From positions 26,145-90,144 of IMG/VR virus record IMGVR_UViG_3300010401_000032: DNA of 64,000 nucleotides; one strand, written 5' to 3'. A program made the position numbers and the translations under genes. Positions within the stretch are counted from its first letter, which is position 1; each line of letters begins with the position of its first letter. This stretch comes from a virus (lineage: Duplodnaviria > Heunggongvirae > Uroviricota > Caudoviricetes). This document shows, one piece after another, positions 1 to 9,926 of this stretch. The notes under the pieces are model-generated. The model worked only from the letters and a program-made list of their open reading frames with translations. It was not told the DNA's origin and did not search any database.

Positions 1-181
1 TGTTTGCTTTAAATACCACAAAGAGTTTAAGAGGCTGCCATCGGGCATATGTTGTGTATTCGTTCCATTAAATGCAAAGTGGGGAATTAAAACTTATCCC
101 TATAAGTCGACCGCCAATAAGGCACTAAGAATTCAAAAAAGAGCCTATAGACTCGGCCTCGGTCCTAAGTGCGGGCGACTA

Positions 182-418
182 TTGAAATTCTATTCAGATG
201 GCAACCCTATCTGGGGGTTTGTCACGCGGCGAGCCACGCTCGTCAATATCACAGTAGATTACGATAGTCTACGAGACCAGTTTGTCAGTAATTCAAAGCA
301 GTACACGGAATTGTTCGATATGCTTAAAAAGAATAGGTTTCCAGTCTGGGACTTACATACAGGTAATATAGGTACTATTGACGGCAAGTTAGTGTGTATA
401 GATTTTGTGGCGGATTAA
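182..418 (+). CDS. hypothetical protein
   Basis: 78-aa ORF in track; no recognisable motif. Confidence 0.3.
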   Translation: MKFYSDGNPIWGFVTRRATLVNITVDYDSLRDQFVSNSKQYTELFDMLKKNRFPVWDLHTGNIGTIDGKLVCIDFVAD

Positions 419-572
419 ATGATAAAAAAGAAATATCCAATTGATTATATTGTACTCGGCGGCCTAACAATAATTTGAGTGCCAGTTATAGTACTTTTAT
501 CACCAGTGCTTATCCCATGTTATCTTATAGGTAAACTTATGTCTAAAACTAAAATAGGACGAGAATATTCTC

Positions 573-743
573 ATGATGAACTATAAGCAAATCGCTCGCC
601 GTATGTCTGCTGATAATGGAGTAGAATTAACTCCCGACGAAGTTAAACAAACCATTCAAAGCATCGCCGCAAAATTCCGGGCGGTAGATCCTAATCTACC
701 AAAAGATGACGACGAACTAATCATACAAATACTAGGACTATGA
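573..743 (+). CDS. small hypothetical protein (56 aa)
   Basis: ATGATG start at 573; stop TGA overlaps next ATG (ATGA at 740-743), suggesting translational coupling. Confidence 0.3.
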   Translation: MMNYKQIARRMSADNGVELTPDEVKQTIQSIAAKFRAVDPNLPKDDDELIIQILGL

Positions 744-925
744 TCTTCTATTTTCTAGCCTATATATTCATTGGCCTCTTTGTCAGTATCATTTCTGATA
801 AGGGCGGCGAGGGTGCCGGACTGCCCCCAATGGACAAAACAGAGTACGCCATCGGTACGTTTATGTGGCCCGCGATTTTAATTGCGGCAGGTTATTGTAT
901 TTTTTCGCGGACAAGACAAAAATAA
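740..925 (+). CDS. small membrane protein
   Basis: 61 aa with two hydrophobic segments (FYFLAYIFIGLFVSII; GTFMWPAILIAAGYCIF). Confidence 0.35.
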   Translation: MIFYFLAYIFIGLFVSIISDKGGEGAGLPPMDKTEYAIGTFMWPAILIAAGYCIFSRTRQK

Positions 926-937
926 TCCGAAATCGGC

Positions 938-966
938 TTGACAAAACTAGCGAAGAGCGGTATCAT
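938..966 (+). promoter_or_regulatory. sigma70-type promoter TTGACA-17-TATCAT
   Basis: TTGACA 938-943, 17-nt spacer, TATCAT 961-966; predicted TSS ~973. Confidence 0.6.
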
Positions 967-972
967 GTACCT

Positions 973-1320
973 GATCGAAGCGGGGAAACTCAGTTACTTC
1001 ATACTTTGGCTGAAATGTGGGGCAACCCACTATCTGAGTCCAGTATTCTCGATCATTACAATATAAGTCGATGCGGGTGAAACGGTTACTTCGGTTTAGT
1101 GAGGCGAAAGCTTCGGCAGGTTCAAATCCTGCATCCGTCCACAGTATTCTCGACTGTTCTTTAGAATACCATCGATGCGGTAGATACAGTTACTTCCATG
1201 TTAAGGACGTGATGAAGGTTCGAGTCCTTCTAGGTCGCGTAAGTGGCCTATAGCTTAATGGCAAAGCACGTAATAATACTGTTCTTATATTCTCGGTGGG
1301 TTAACCTCCTTTTGAAAGAA
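973..1320 (+). ncRNA. structured tRNA-like noncoding RNA upstream of rsr (Y-RNA-like candidate)
   Basis: About 350 nt with no ORF, between a consensus promoter and rsr. Nested stems GATCGA(973-978)/TCGATC(1048-1053), AACTCAG/CTGAGT, and GTGGG-GCAA-CCCAC. Tandem duplicated modules (1041-1140 and 1141-1245) each begin CAGTATTCTCGA...TCGATGCGG...GTTACTTC and carry a canonical T-arm (GCAGG-TTCAAAT-CCTGC; GAAGG-TTCGAGT-CCTTC). A tRNA-like 5' half (GTGGCCT..GCTT-AATGGCA-AAGC) sits at 1248-1275. Confidence 0.45.
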
Positions 1321-1325
1321 GTAAA

Positions 1326-2855
1326 ATGGCTTTAAATAAGAAAAGACAAACGGTAGCAACTCGGGCGAAGCCTCACGTTAACCATGAGGGCGGAATTTCT
1401 TACGATATTAAGGATCCGTTTACTCAGTTACGTATCGTGGCCACGTCTTGTTTCTTTGGCGAACCGGCCTTCTACGTTAGTGGCGAAAGTAAAAAGTCCC
1501 CTTCTTTTGCCATATATGACCATCAGCGTCTTTACACCGAGGAAGGATATGGCAAGTCACTACTGCCGATCTCAAGAAATAAGACTACTCGCCAACTGAT
1601 GGAAGCCGCGATTGATGCGGCTTTAAATGTAGATATCGAACGCACTCTGCAATTTGCGGTAGAACTTCGCCGCGATTGGAATATTCGGGCAACGCCGCAA
1701 GTCATCATGGTTCGTGCTGCGATGCACCCGAAGATCAAGAATACCGGGCTTTTAAAGCTTTATTCGGACAGCATCATGACTCGCCTTGATGAAGTCATGA
1801 ATCAAATGGCGTACTTTGAATCTGTACAAGGCTCGCTTAAGCGTATTCCAAGCCGCCTCAAGAGAGTTTGGGCCGCTCGCCTTTCGCAAGCGAATGAGTA
1901 CGAGCTTGCGAAGTATAAGATGATGGATCGCAGCGTCAATGTATTTGATGCCGTGAGACTAACTCACCCAAACGGTGAAGCTATCGATAAGCTAATTGAA
2001 GGTAAGGTTTCTCTTTCAAATGAGAATACTGAAACCTGGGAATCGATTCGTTCTGGCGGTGGCACCTGGACCAACGCCGCGAAAGTCATGGGTCATATGG
2101 CCCTGTTGCGTAATCTTCGCAACCTACATGAGGATGGATCTCTTTCCGATAAGCTGTTAGATAAGCTGCTCGACGGGGTAGAAAACGGCAAGCAACTTCC
2201 GTTTAGATATTTTTCAGCTTTTAAAGCTATTGGTGCTCAAAGCGGTAAGGTTGCGGACACGCTAGAAGAATGCCTTGAACGCAGTATTAAATACTCCGTC
2301 CCTCGTTTCGAGGGACGAGGACTGACAATTTGCGACGTGTCTGGATCGATGGACGGCGGCAGAATCAGTGAAAGTAGCGACATGACATTTAAGGAAATTG
2401 CAGTACTTATGTCGGCCGTTACTACTAGAGCGTTCGAAGATGGCGGGGATACCTTGCTATTCGCAAGTACAACTGAATTCTACGAGCCTCGCCGCAAGAC
2501 TTCCATCTTTACAGAAATGGAAAAGATGTTTGAAGCTGGAAATCGTCTTGGAGGCGGCACGAACATCGTTAATGCCTTCTACGAAATCATCAAACACAAA
2601 AAGAAGTATGATACGATCTTCGTGTATTCCGACATGCAATGCGGATACGAAACGAACGTTCCGAAGCTTGTAAAGGAATACAGACAAAACGTCAATCCAG
2701 ACGTACAAATCTTCTTTGTGAATCTCGCCGGCTATCAAGACGCCCTCGTTCCTGAATTCTTTGAGAATACATATCTTTTAGGAGGCTGGAGCGACAAGAT
2801 GCTGCAATTCGCAGATAAGATCATTGGCCTGACGACCAATGAAAAAGTCATATAA
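1326..2855 (+). CDS. rsr: Ro60/Rsr orthologue (TROVE domain + C-terminal vWA domain)
   Basis: 509 aa; C-terminal vWA MIDAS motif CDVSGSM (DxSxS) preceded by a long alpha-rich TROVE-like region; size and architecture of bacterial Rsr. Confidence 0.75.
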   Translation: MALNKKRQTVATRAKPHVNHEGGISYDIKDPFTQLRIVATSCFFGEPAFYVSGESKKSPSFAIYDHQRLYTEEGYGKSLLPISRNKTTRQLMEAAIDAALNVDIERTLQFAVELRRDWNIRATPQVIMVRAAMHPKIKNTGLLKLYSDSIMTRLDEVMNQMAYFESVQGSLKRIPSRLKRVWAARLSQANEYELAKYKMMDRSVNVFDAVRLTHPNGEAIDKLIEGKVSLSNENTETWESIRSGGGTWTNAAKVMGHMALLRNLRNLHEDGSLSDKLLDKLLDGVENGKQLPFRYFSAFKAIGAQSGKVADTLEECLERSIKYSVPRFEGRGLTICDVSGSMDGGRISESSDMTFKEIAVLMSAVTTRAFEDGGDTLLFASTTEFYEPRRKTSIFTEMEKMFEAGNRLGGGTNIVNAFYEIIKHKKKYDTIFVYSDMQCGYETNVPKLVKEYRQNVNPDVQIFFVNLAGYQDALVPEFFENTYLLGGWSDKMLQFADKIIGLTTNEKVI

Positions 2856-2858
2856 AGA

Positions 2859-3476
2859 ATGGAAGCCCATTGGAAAGAACTACTCGCCATCCTGAATTAT
2901 CAGGATGGCGAATCTATTTTAGACGTTGGTGGGGCCATGGATCCCGTACCTATAGCAGACCAAGTGATTGATATCATGAATCTTAATAGGGGTGGGAAAG
3001 CCTATACGCTTCTAGATTTATGCTGTGACGAATTTCCATTCGACGATAAATCGTTTGACATCTGTATTTGTTCTCAAACGCTAGAAGATCTTGCCTCACC
3101 ACGATTAGCCCTGAGAGAGATGGCTAGAGTTTGTAAACGCGGAATAATTGAAGTACCGCATCGTGGTCCAGAATCAATTAAAAACACATATTCTTTACAT
3201 GGCAAAAAACCAGATTGGGCTATGGATGAAACGTGGTGTTTCGGAACAGAACATCATAAGTGGCTAATTGAAGTCATAGACAATAAATTAATATTTACAG
3301 TAAAAAACTACTTACATCTAATGTACAACCCAATTCCACAATGGAAAGGACCCGGAGGAATTCGTTTTGTATGGTACGACACAATTCCGCATAATGTTAT
3401 GTATGACATCCATCCAGAATCTATGTTTGCGAACTATCAAGATTTTCGGGAACGCTCACGGTGCTACTGGGAATGA
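2859..3476 (+). CDS. class I SAM-dependent methyltransferase
   Basis: Motif I ILDVGGA; motif FDICICSQTLEDL; 4 nt after rsr in the same frame. Confidence 0.55.
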   Translation: MEAHWKELLAILNYQDGESILDVGGAMDPVPIADQVIDIMNLNRGGKAYTLLDLCCDEFPFDDKSFDICICSQTLEDLASPRLALREMARVCKRGIIEVPHRGPESIKNTYSLHGKKPDWAMDETWCFGTEHHKWLIEVIDNKLIFTVKNYLHLMYNPIPQWKGPGGIRFVWYDTIPHNVMYDIHPESMFANYQDFRERSRCYWE

Positions 3477-3510
3477 AAAAGTTGTGTAACGAGCTTGACT
3501 ACACCCCTGG

Positions 3511-3921
3511 ATGGAGTATACTCCATCCATGGGTTTTAATAAAGTCATATTCTGTCTGAACGACGCTCAAGGCGAAATTGACCGCAATCCTTCCGGATGG
3601 TGGGCTGCCTGTACAGCGGCGTTTTGGGAACTTTGGAATAAGCATCGCGATGCGAACGGCGATAAACAACCGCAGCCGTTCAGTTGCGGTAGCTATTCTC
3701 AGTATTGGCAGGCTGTTTGGGAAGAGCACGCGGATATTACCGGCGTGATCATGGTTGGTCGCAATTCCACAACAGTCATTGGAAGCTCTCTATACGGCGG
3801 CCATCATACCGAAGAGGGTCAAATCAAGATTCTGAAAGAGATCCTCGAAAAGAAAGGATATCGCATTGTTAAGAAGCCTAATCGAAAAGGAACTAGCAAG
3901 AGCGGAAGCCGTTCTATTTGA
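3511..3921 (+). CDS. hypothetical protein
   Basis: 136-aa ORF. Confidence 0.35.
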   Translation: MEYTPSMGFNKVIFCLNDAQGEIDRNPSGWWAACTAAFWELWNKHRDANGDKQPQPFSCGSYSQYWQAVWEEHADITGVIMVGRNSTTVIGSSLYGGHHTEEGQIKILKEILEKKGYRIVKKPNRKGTSKSGSRSI

Positions 3922-4077
3922 CGCTGAGAATGGAAAGAAAGCCCTACATGGTCCAACTGTGGATAACCACAAAGGGCAGCGGATCGCCTACCGCAAGGTA
4001 CTTTCCTATTTAGAGCTTGAAAAAATAACTCCTCCAATCAGATTTGAAATTTCCCGCACTCTTCACATGAACCTTAC

Positions 4078-4341
4078 GTGGCCCTGGCTTGCTTTTGCAG
4101 CCATTTGTATTATAATCTGGTACATAAAATGACCGAACATAACTCAGACATTAATATTGGAAGCAGCTTTCTCCCATCGCTTCTTCTGGTACTTTTCATT
4201 GGCCTCAAGCTGACTCATCATATTGATTGGTCGTGGTGGTGGGTCCTCTCGCCCGCTTGGATTCCACTTGTCATTTGCGTTTGTGCAATCATCGTCGTAT
4301 TCATGATCGTTGGATTTGATAGTACTTTGCGGAGCAAATGA
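4078..4341 (+). CDS. small membrane protein
   Basis: 87 aa, two TM-like segments; stop overlaps next ATG. Confidence 0.3.
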   Translation: MALACFCSHLYYNLVHKMTEHNSDINIGSSFLPSLLLVLFIGLKLTHHIDWSWWWVLSPAWIPLVICVCAIIVVFMIVGFDSTLRSK

Positions 4342-4739
4342 ATATTCTGATTCTGGAAGACAATCCAAATAGGATCGAAATATTCCTATTGGCACTTTCT
4401 AAGGACAATGTAATCACCATTGCAGAAACAGCCCAAGAGGCTATCGATCTAATAGCCCTAATGTCATTCGATGTTATTTTCCTGGATCATGATCTTGGAC
4501 TTCAACAATACGTCAGTGAAGATCTCGAAAATACGGGCAGTGGCGTGGTTCGATGGATGCTAGAGAAAAAAGAGTATTTGCTTGATCCGCATGGGCCACT
4601 GATTATCGTCCATTCACAAAACGAACCAGCCGCAAAGTCCATGGAATCAAAACTACAATCTGCCGATTTTAACGTTCGCAGGGTATCGTTCTATAGTCTA
4701 TGTAAGAATAATTTCAATGAAGTGCCTAATACTAGGTGA
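4338..4739 (+). CDS. stand-alone receiver (REC/CheY-like) domain protein
   Basis: ILILEDN (acidic pair), FDVIFLDHDLG (phospho-Asp position), downstream Ser and Lys in REC order. Confidence 0.45.
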   Translation: MNILILEDNPNRIEIFLLALSKDNVITIAETAQEAIDLIALMSFDVIFLDHDLGLQQYVSEDLENTGSGVVRWMLEKKEYLLDPHGPLIIVHSQNEPAAKSMESKLQSADFNVRRVSFYSLCKNNFNEVPNTR

Positions 4740-5445
4740 CGTACACTGCGAGTGGGATCATTTGAACGCGACCATTGCGAAGGCTCTGCGTCGTCACCCG
4801 GATATTACGCATATTGTCCAAGTGGGCGATTTTGGCTACGGCTGGCCGCAGACCAAGCCTTTCAAGATCAGCCATGGCTATTACGAGACGGACGAACTGT
4901 TTGAACGAGCTTTAAAAATGCCGTTCTTCTGGCTCGATGGAAATCACGAGAACCACGATCTATTGGAAGCCGATCATGGTGCTTCTCAATCGAACACGTT
5001 CTATTGCCCACGTGGCAGCGTAATCGAATTCAAGCTTCCTACCCGCGAGGTCCGCCGAGCGATGTTCTTTGGCGGTGCGTCATCCATTGATAAGAAGTAT
5101 AGAATCGAAGGTGTCACGTGGTGGCCGCAGGAGAGTATCACTTACTCCCAGACCCAAAGGGCAATCGAAAGCCATAATGAAGTGGATATTGTGTTCTCGC
5201 ACGAGCGTCCATCCGCATTCAATTACAAGCACAATTTCAAAGAAGGCTTCGGAGAATCAGACAAAAACGCTCTAGAGGCAATCAGAGAAGTCTTTAAGCC
5301 ACCGTTTTGGTGCTTTGGTCATTATCATGATTACGACAGAGGCGAACATGATGGAACTCAGTGGGTATGTTGTCCAATTATAGACGATCGCAGTTATACA
5401 ATATGGGATGGAGATTCGTTAGAATATTACCCAAATAATGGATAA
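4717..5445 (+). CDS. calcineurin-like metallophosphoesterase
   Basis: Motifs LILGDVHC, VGDFGYG, GNHENHD, FGHYH (GDxHG/GDxxD/GNHE/GH). Confidence 0.7.
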   Translation: MKCLILGDVHCEWDHLNATIAKALRRHPDITHIVQVGDFGYGWPQTKPFKISHGYYETDELFERALKMPFFWLDGNHENHDLLEADHGASQSNTFYCPRGSVIEFKLPTREVRRAMFFGGASSIDKKYRIEGVTWWPQESITYSQTQRAIESHNEVDIVFSHERPSAFNYKHNFKEGFGESDKNALEAIREVFKPPFWCFGHYHDYDRGEHDGTQWVCCPIIDDRSYTIWDGDSLEYYPNNG

Positions 5446-5866
5446 GTCTCCAAAACGAATATTACTATTTCTTAAGAAGTTTTACAAGACTTCTAAATGT
5501 TGGATATGGACAGGAGCAGTCAATAGTTGTGGTTATGGAAACTTTTGGGACGGCGAACACTACTGCAATGCTCATAATTATTCGTACAGATTATTTGTTG
5601 GTCCTATTGAAAAAGGACTGCATGTAGATCATTTATGTAGAAATAGAATATGTGTTAATCCAGATCACCTAGAGGCCGTTACACAAAGAGAAAATCTGTT
5701 ACGTGGAAATACACTAGTCTCAAAAGAGAGTAAACAGACTCATTGTATTAACGACCATGAATTCAACTTTAAAAATACATACATCGATAAAAGAAATAGA
5801 AGACATTGTAGAAAATGTAGATGTATAAGATTAAAAAAGCATAGAAATAGAAATAAAAATGATTGA
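5438..5866 (+). CDS. HNH endonuclease
   Basis: [29 protein letters not shown] motif. Confidence 0.7.
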   Translation: MDKSPKRILLFLKKFYKTSKCWIWTGAVNSCGYGNFWDGEHYCNAHNYSYRLFVGPIEKGLHVDHLCRNRICVNPDHLEAVTQRENLLRGNTLVSKESKQTHCINDHEFNFKNTYIDKRNRRHCRKCRCIRLKKHRNRNKND

Positions 5867-6374
5867 GTTTACTCAAGAAACGATTGATAAGCAAGATGCC
5901 CGCCGCTGTCCACTAGTTACGGTGGACATTATCATTGAAATTCTCGACTGGTTCCCATTGGCCATATTTGGGAATACACTGGAACCAATGAAGAGTCAAA
6001 ATGGCATCGTTCTCATTGAACGCAAGAATGAACCGCATGGGTATGCACTTCCTGGAGGTTTCGTAGATATCGGCGAAACTACCGCCGCAGCCGCCGCCCG
6101 CGAAGCTTTAGAAGAAACTCAATTGCATGTTACGCAATTGGAGCAATTTCACACTTATTCCGATCCGGCCCGCGATGCACGTGGGCACGCAATTAGCATT
6201 GTCTATATTGGTAAAGCAATCGGGGAACCACTAGCAGCAGACGATGCTAAAAACGCATTTATTATTAACCCGGCACAAATGGGCGACTGGAACACAAAAG
6301 AACTATGTTTTGATCATCGTCAAATTCTAACCGACTATTTAATTTTCAAACAAACTGGAAAGCGACCACTATGA
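5859..6374 (+). CDS. Nudix hydrolase
   Basis: Nudix box [24 protein letters not shown]. Confidence 0.7.
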   Translation: MIEFTQETIDKQDARRCPLVTVDIIIEILDWFPLAIFGNTLEPMKSQNGIVLIERKNEPHGYALPGGFVDIGETTAAAAAREALEETQLHVTQLEQFHTYSDPARDARGHAISIVYIGKAIGEPLAADDAKNAFIINPAQMGDWNTKELCFDHRQILTDYLIFKQTGKRPL

Positions 6375-6679
6375 TTATTACTGGCCATATAAATATAGAA
6401 ACGGCTAGAAAGGATACTGACCTTAATGGCAATCCTCTTGAGGATGGCATGGTATCAGAATGGGCCATGGCAATTACATTAGCTCGATATAAAATTGGAG
6501 AAGAAGTAGAGCAAGAGGAGCTTGAAAGACAATTAGAACTTGCTCGCACACAACAAATACTTGATAAAATGATTGAAGATGGTTTAATAGATCAAGTTTG
6601 GAGTGAGGAAAAACAAGAGTTTGCTTACAAGCTTACTGAAAAAGGCGTAAAGGCGGCAGAGGATATCATTCATGAGTGA
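6371..6679 (+). CDS. hypothetical acidic protein
   Basis: 102-aa ORF, overlapping start/stop with neighbours. Confidence 0.4.
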   Translation: MIITGHINIETARKDTDLNGNPLEDGMVSEWAMAITLARYKIGEEVEQEELERQLELARTQQILDKMIEDGLIDQVWSEEKQEFAYKLTEKGVKAAEDIIHE

Positions 6680-8093
6680 GTTTAATTTAATTGCCCACGG
6701 CACAGATTCATATAAGGGATCTCACTGGAATCTATATCCGCCCGGAACCGAAATTGTATATTCATATTGCGAACCCCGTAAGGGAGCACGCTTTGGTCCT
6801 ACTACATTCTTCGGCTTGCAATACATTTTAAAGAAATATTTGACGGGTCAAGTTGTGACTCGTGAGAAGATCGAAGAAGCCGCTAAACTATATGCGGCCC
6901 ACTTTGGTAATGATAAAATATTCAATCGTGAAGGCTGGGAATACATTCTCAGTGCTTATGGCGGATTACTTCCCGTTCGCATTAATGCTATTCCAGAAGG
7001 TACGTCGGTCAAAACCGGTACTTGTCTTTTCACAATAGAAAATACAGATCGTAAGGTTCCTTGGCTTACTAATTATCTTGAAACGCTTTTAATGCAAGTC
7101 TGGTCGCCAATTACCGTTTGCACAAGTAGTCGTCAGATTAAAGACATTATTTCTGGATATCTAGATCTTACTGGCGATTCTGCCGGCCTATCTTTTAAGC
7201 TTCACGATTTTGGTTATCGTGGTGTTTCTTCTGTAGAAACCGCCGCTCTTGCTGGAGCCGCACATCTTGTGAACTTCAAAGGCACGGACACCATGGCTGC
7301 ACTCGCATTAGTGAGAGATTATTATCACGAACCCATGGCGGGCTATTCTATTCCAGCCACAGAGCACAGCGTCATGACCGCCGAAGGTCCCGAAGGTGAA
7401 GTTAATATTGTTCGCCGTATATTGGCGACTTATCCAACAGGATTGGTCGCCATGGTAATCGACTCTTTCGATACATTTAATTTTATCGAGAATGTAATTG
7501 GCGGTAACCCCGACATCCTATCGGCGATTCGCAATCGCCAAGGCACGGTAGTATTCCGGCCCGACAGTGGTAAGCTTCCCGGTATCGATCTAGATGTCTT
7601 CCACTCACTTGCGAAGGTATTTGGAGTTGAAAGGAATTCAAAGGGATTCGACGTTCTTCCTTCGCAAGTGAGAATGATTCAAGGCGACGGCATCAAATGG
7701 CTTGAGCCTCGCTTTAACGAAGATTCGCATCACAGTGTGAGCGATATTCTGGAACTATTTCACACGAATAAAATCTCTGCCGACAACATTGCATTCGGCT
7801 CAGGTGGCGGATTGCTCCAAAGCTTCAATAGAGACACACAGCGATTTGCTATTAAATGCTCATGGATGCAAGTAAATGGCCAGCCTCGCGACGTATACAA
7901 GCAACCTTCTACAGATAAGGACAAGACTTCAAAAAGAGGAAGACTGGTTGTAATTCAAGACGACGATGGTAGCATCTACACGTTGCCGGAAGGAAGCGGC
8001 GGCAAGAATATACTTGAAGAAGTTTTTATGAACGGCTATCTTGTACGCGACCAGACTTTCGAAGATATCCGCGAAAGGGCTACGCTATGTTAG
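6672..8093 (+). CDS. nadV: nicotinamide phosphoribosyltransferase (NAMPT/NadV)
   Basis: 473 aa; NAMPT-family length and motifs (FKLHDFGYRGVSS, GTDT). Confidence 0.8.
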   Translation: MSEFNLIAHGTDSYKGSHWNLYPPGTEIVYSYCEPRKGARFGPTTFFGLQYILKKYLTGQVVTREKIEEAAKLYAAHFGNDKIFNREGWEYILSAYGGLLPVRINAIPEGTSVKTGTCLFTIENTDRKVPWLTNYLETLLMQVWSPITVCTSSRQIKDIISGYLDLTGDSAGLSFKLHDFGYRGVSSVETAALAGAAHLVNFKGTDTMAALALVRDYYHEPMAGYSIPATEHSVMTAEGPEGEVNIVRRILATYPTGLVAMVIDSFDTFNFIENVIGGNPDILSAIRNRQGTVVFRPDSGKLPGIDLDVFHSLAKVFGVERNSKGFDVLPSQVRMIQGDGIKWLEPRFNEDSHHSVSDILELFHTNKISADNIAFGSGGGLLQSFNRDTQRFAIKCSWMQVNGQPRDVYKQPSTDKDKTSKRGRLVVIQDDDGSIYTLPEGSGGKNILEEVFMNGYLVRDQTFEDIRERATLC

Positions 8094-8359
8094 AACGGTT
8101 AGCAGAACTAGAACATATTCAGTGGGCTCATTGGACAAAGTACATGCTCGACAATATTACGGCAGATAATATAGCGAGATGGCGGCGTCAGATTGATACG
8201 CCTTATTGTGATCTTTCTGAAAAAGAAAAAGAAAGCGATCGTGAATGGGCACGAAAAGTAATGGAAATTACGAGCGGAAGCAAGCCGGCGACTGAAATAC
8301 ATCATTATTACGATGGTCGTCCGTATAGTTACGACAGCTTTGGAGATCCACTAGGATAA
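8087..8359 (+). CDS. hypothetical protein
   Basis: 90-aa ORF. Confidence 0.4.
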   Translation: MLERLAELEHIQWAHWTKYMLDNITADNIARWRRQIDTPYCDLSEKEKESDREWARKVMEITSGSKPATEIHHYYDGRPYSYDSFGDPLG

Positions 8360-8361
8360 TT

Positions 8362-8748
8362 ATGCTTTCAAATAAAGATATCGAATCTATTTTGAGTCAA
8401 ATTAGTATTGGCGATCTAAAACTCAATCTTCGTTACGACGGAAAGCGTCCTTATCTACAGGTCGCATGCAATAATGGCACGGACACGAAGACGGGTAATC
8501 CGGCGTCATGGACGGGCCGTAAGCGGATGCTTTCTCGCTTTATGTGTAGAACTGAGATCGTACGTACAGCTTATAAAGCTTATATGGCAGCGATCAAGCA
8601 TGAGGCTCAGGAGCTATTCAAATATAAGAATGCAGCCATTTATAGCCCTCATTTTAACGTCGAGGTATTGGCTGATATTTATAGTCATGGCGAACAATTA
8701 TATCCAAATATAGAGGATACTCGCGAGAACGGAATGTTAGCCGAATGA
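8362..8748 (+). CDS. hypothetical protein
   Basis: 128-aa ORF. Confidence 0.4.
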   Translation: MLSNKDIESILSQISIGDLKLNLRYDGKRPYLQVACNNGTDTKTGNPASWTGRKRMLSRFMCRTEIVRTAYKAYMAAIKHEAQELFKYKNAAIYSPHFNVEVLADIYSHGEQLYPNIEDTRENGMLAE

Positions 8749-9926
8749 TTATTCAAGAACTTCACGATAGCCCCTATCGTGGAGTATTCCATGAGGTTGG
8801 CGTCGGTATGGAAGTCACGGCTTCTCTATTACGTGTTCCGGGAGCTTCGAAAACAGTTATCGGAGCACATTGTGACTACGCTGGACTTCATAAGCCCAAA
8901 GATATTAGGGCGGTATCATTAGATTACGCCCGAAGGCTCGCATATGAGTGCTTAGAAGCAGCTACGCTAACATTAAAGGATAGCGAGCCCTCGGATCAAG
9001 TATTCGGTATGGCAGTTACGGCAGTAGATTATCCTGATCGTACGTCGCACGCCTGGATTTATATTTCTCGCCTGGGAAAAGATACTAGATACGATCAAGA
9101 CGCTTATATGCACATCAATTTTCTGCCTAATTGCTTCGATCGTGAGCAATTAGGCAGAGAGCTTGCAAATCAAGCACTAAAGTTTCTACATAATGTTCTT
9201 TTAAGAAAAATACCTTGGAGCAAATTCTGTCGTGAGTTCAATGTAACGTGTGGTCCAGGAATTACAGGTATGCTTTATGCAGACGTTATCTATGCTCCTG
9301 GCATAAGCGATATCGAAAGATTATTTACATTAACAGATAATGCTTCACTAGTATTCCACCAAGGAAAATTTCATCGCGTTGTAGATTATCTACGTAAATA
9401 TCATCGAATCTATGGCGGTTCATTTGATCCGCCGCACGACGATCATATGAAGGCCGGCAAAGATTCACTATTCCTGCTTTCAACGAACCACTGTTATAAG
9501 GGTGGCCTTTCTATGGAAGATATCTATCATAGAATGCGAATGCTGGATATTTTTGGCGTTCCCGTCCTTATTATGAAGGATCGCCCTATGTTCTGGCAAA
9601 AGCACAAGCTATTGAATGATTTATGGCCCCAGACGTATAAATATATATTAGGATCAGACGCTTGGAATACAATGATTGCGGCTCACCAATATCCGACCGA
9701 AGATTTCATGCGTAATCATTTCCAAGATGCAATCTTTGAGATTATTCTGCGAAAAAACGAAACCATTAGTAGTAATCAAATTAGTAACGGATTAATACTA
9801 AAGGAATCAGAATTAAAAACAGGTTCAATGTCCAGTACTTCTATTCGAGGCGGCAATTACAAAGGATTGGACTCACGAATAGTGAATTACATTAAGACAA
9901 ACAAACTTTACTCAGAAGGTACTTGA
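8745..9926 (+). CDS. NMN adenylyltransferase-domain protein (cytidylyltransferase-like C-terminal half, unknown N-terminal half)
   Basis: GGSFDPPHDDH = nucleotidyltransferase (H/T)xGH motif of NMNAT/NadM; N-terminal ~250 aa unassigned. Confidence 0.55.
   Translation: MIIQELHDSPYRGVFHEVGVGMEVTASLLRVPGASKTVIGAHCDYAGLHKPKDIRAVSLDYARRLAYECLEAATLTLKDSEPSDQVFGMAVTAVDYPDRTSHAWIYISRLGKDTRYDQDAYMHINFLPNCFDREQLGRELANQALKFLHNVLLRKIPWSKFCREFNVTCGPGITGMLYADVIYAPGISDIERLFTLTDNASLVFHQGKFHRVVDYLRKYHRIYGGSFDPPHDDHMKAGKDSLFLLSTNHCYKGGLSMEDIYHRMRMLDIFGVPVLIMKDRPMFWQKHKLLNDLWPQTYKYILGSDAWNTMIAAHQYPTEDFMRNHFQDAIFEIILRKNETISSNQISNGLILKESELKTGSMSSTSIRGGNYKGLDSRIVNYIKTNKLYSEGT

Noticed and set aside
1384-2738. Nested or antisense ORFs inside rsr (1384..1599, 1532..1738, 2398..2673, 2457..2738)
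   Set aside because: They are contained within a 509-aa gene with clear domain architecture; no independent signals.
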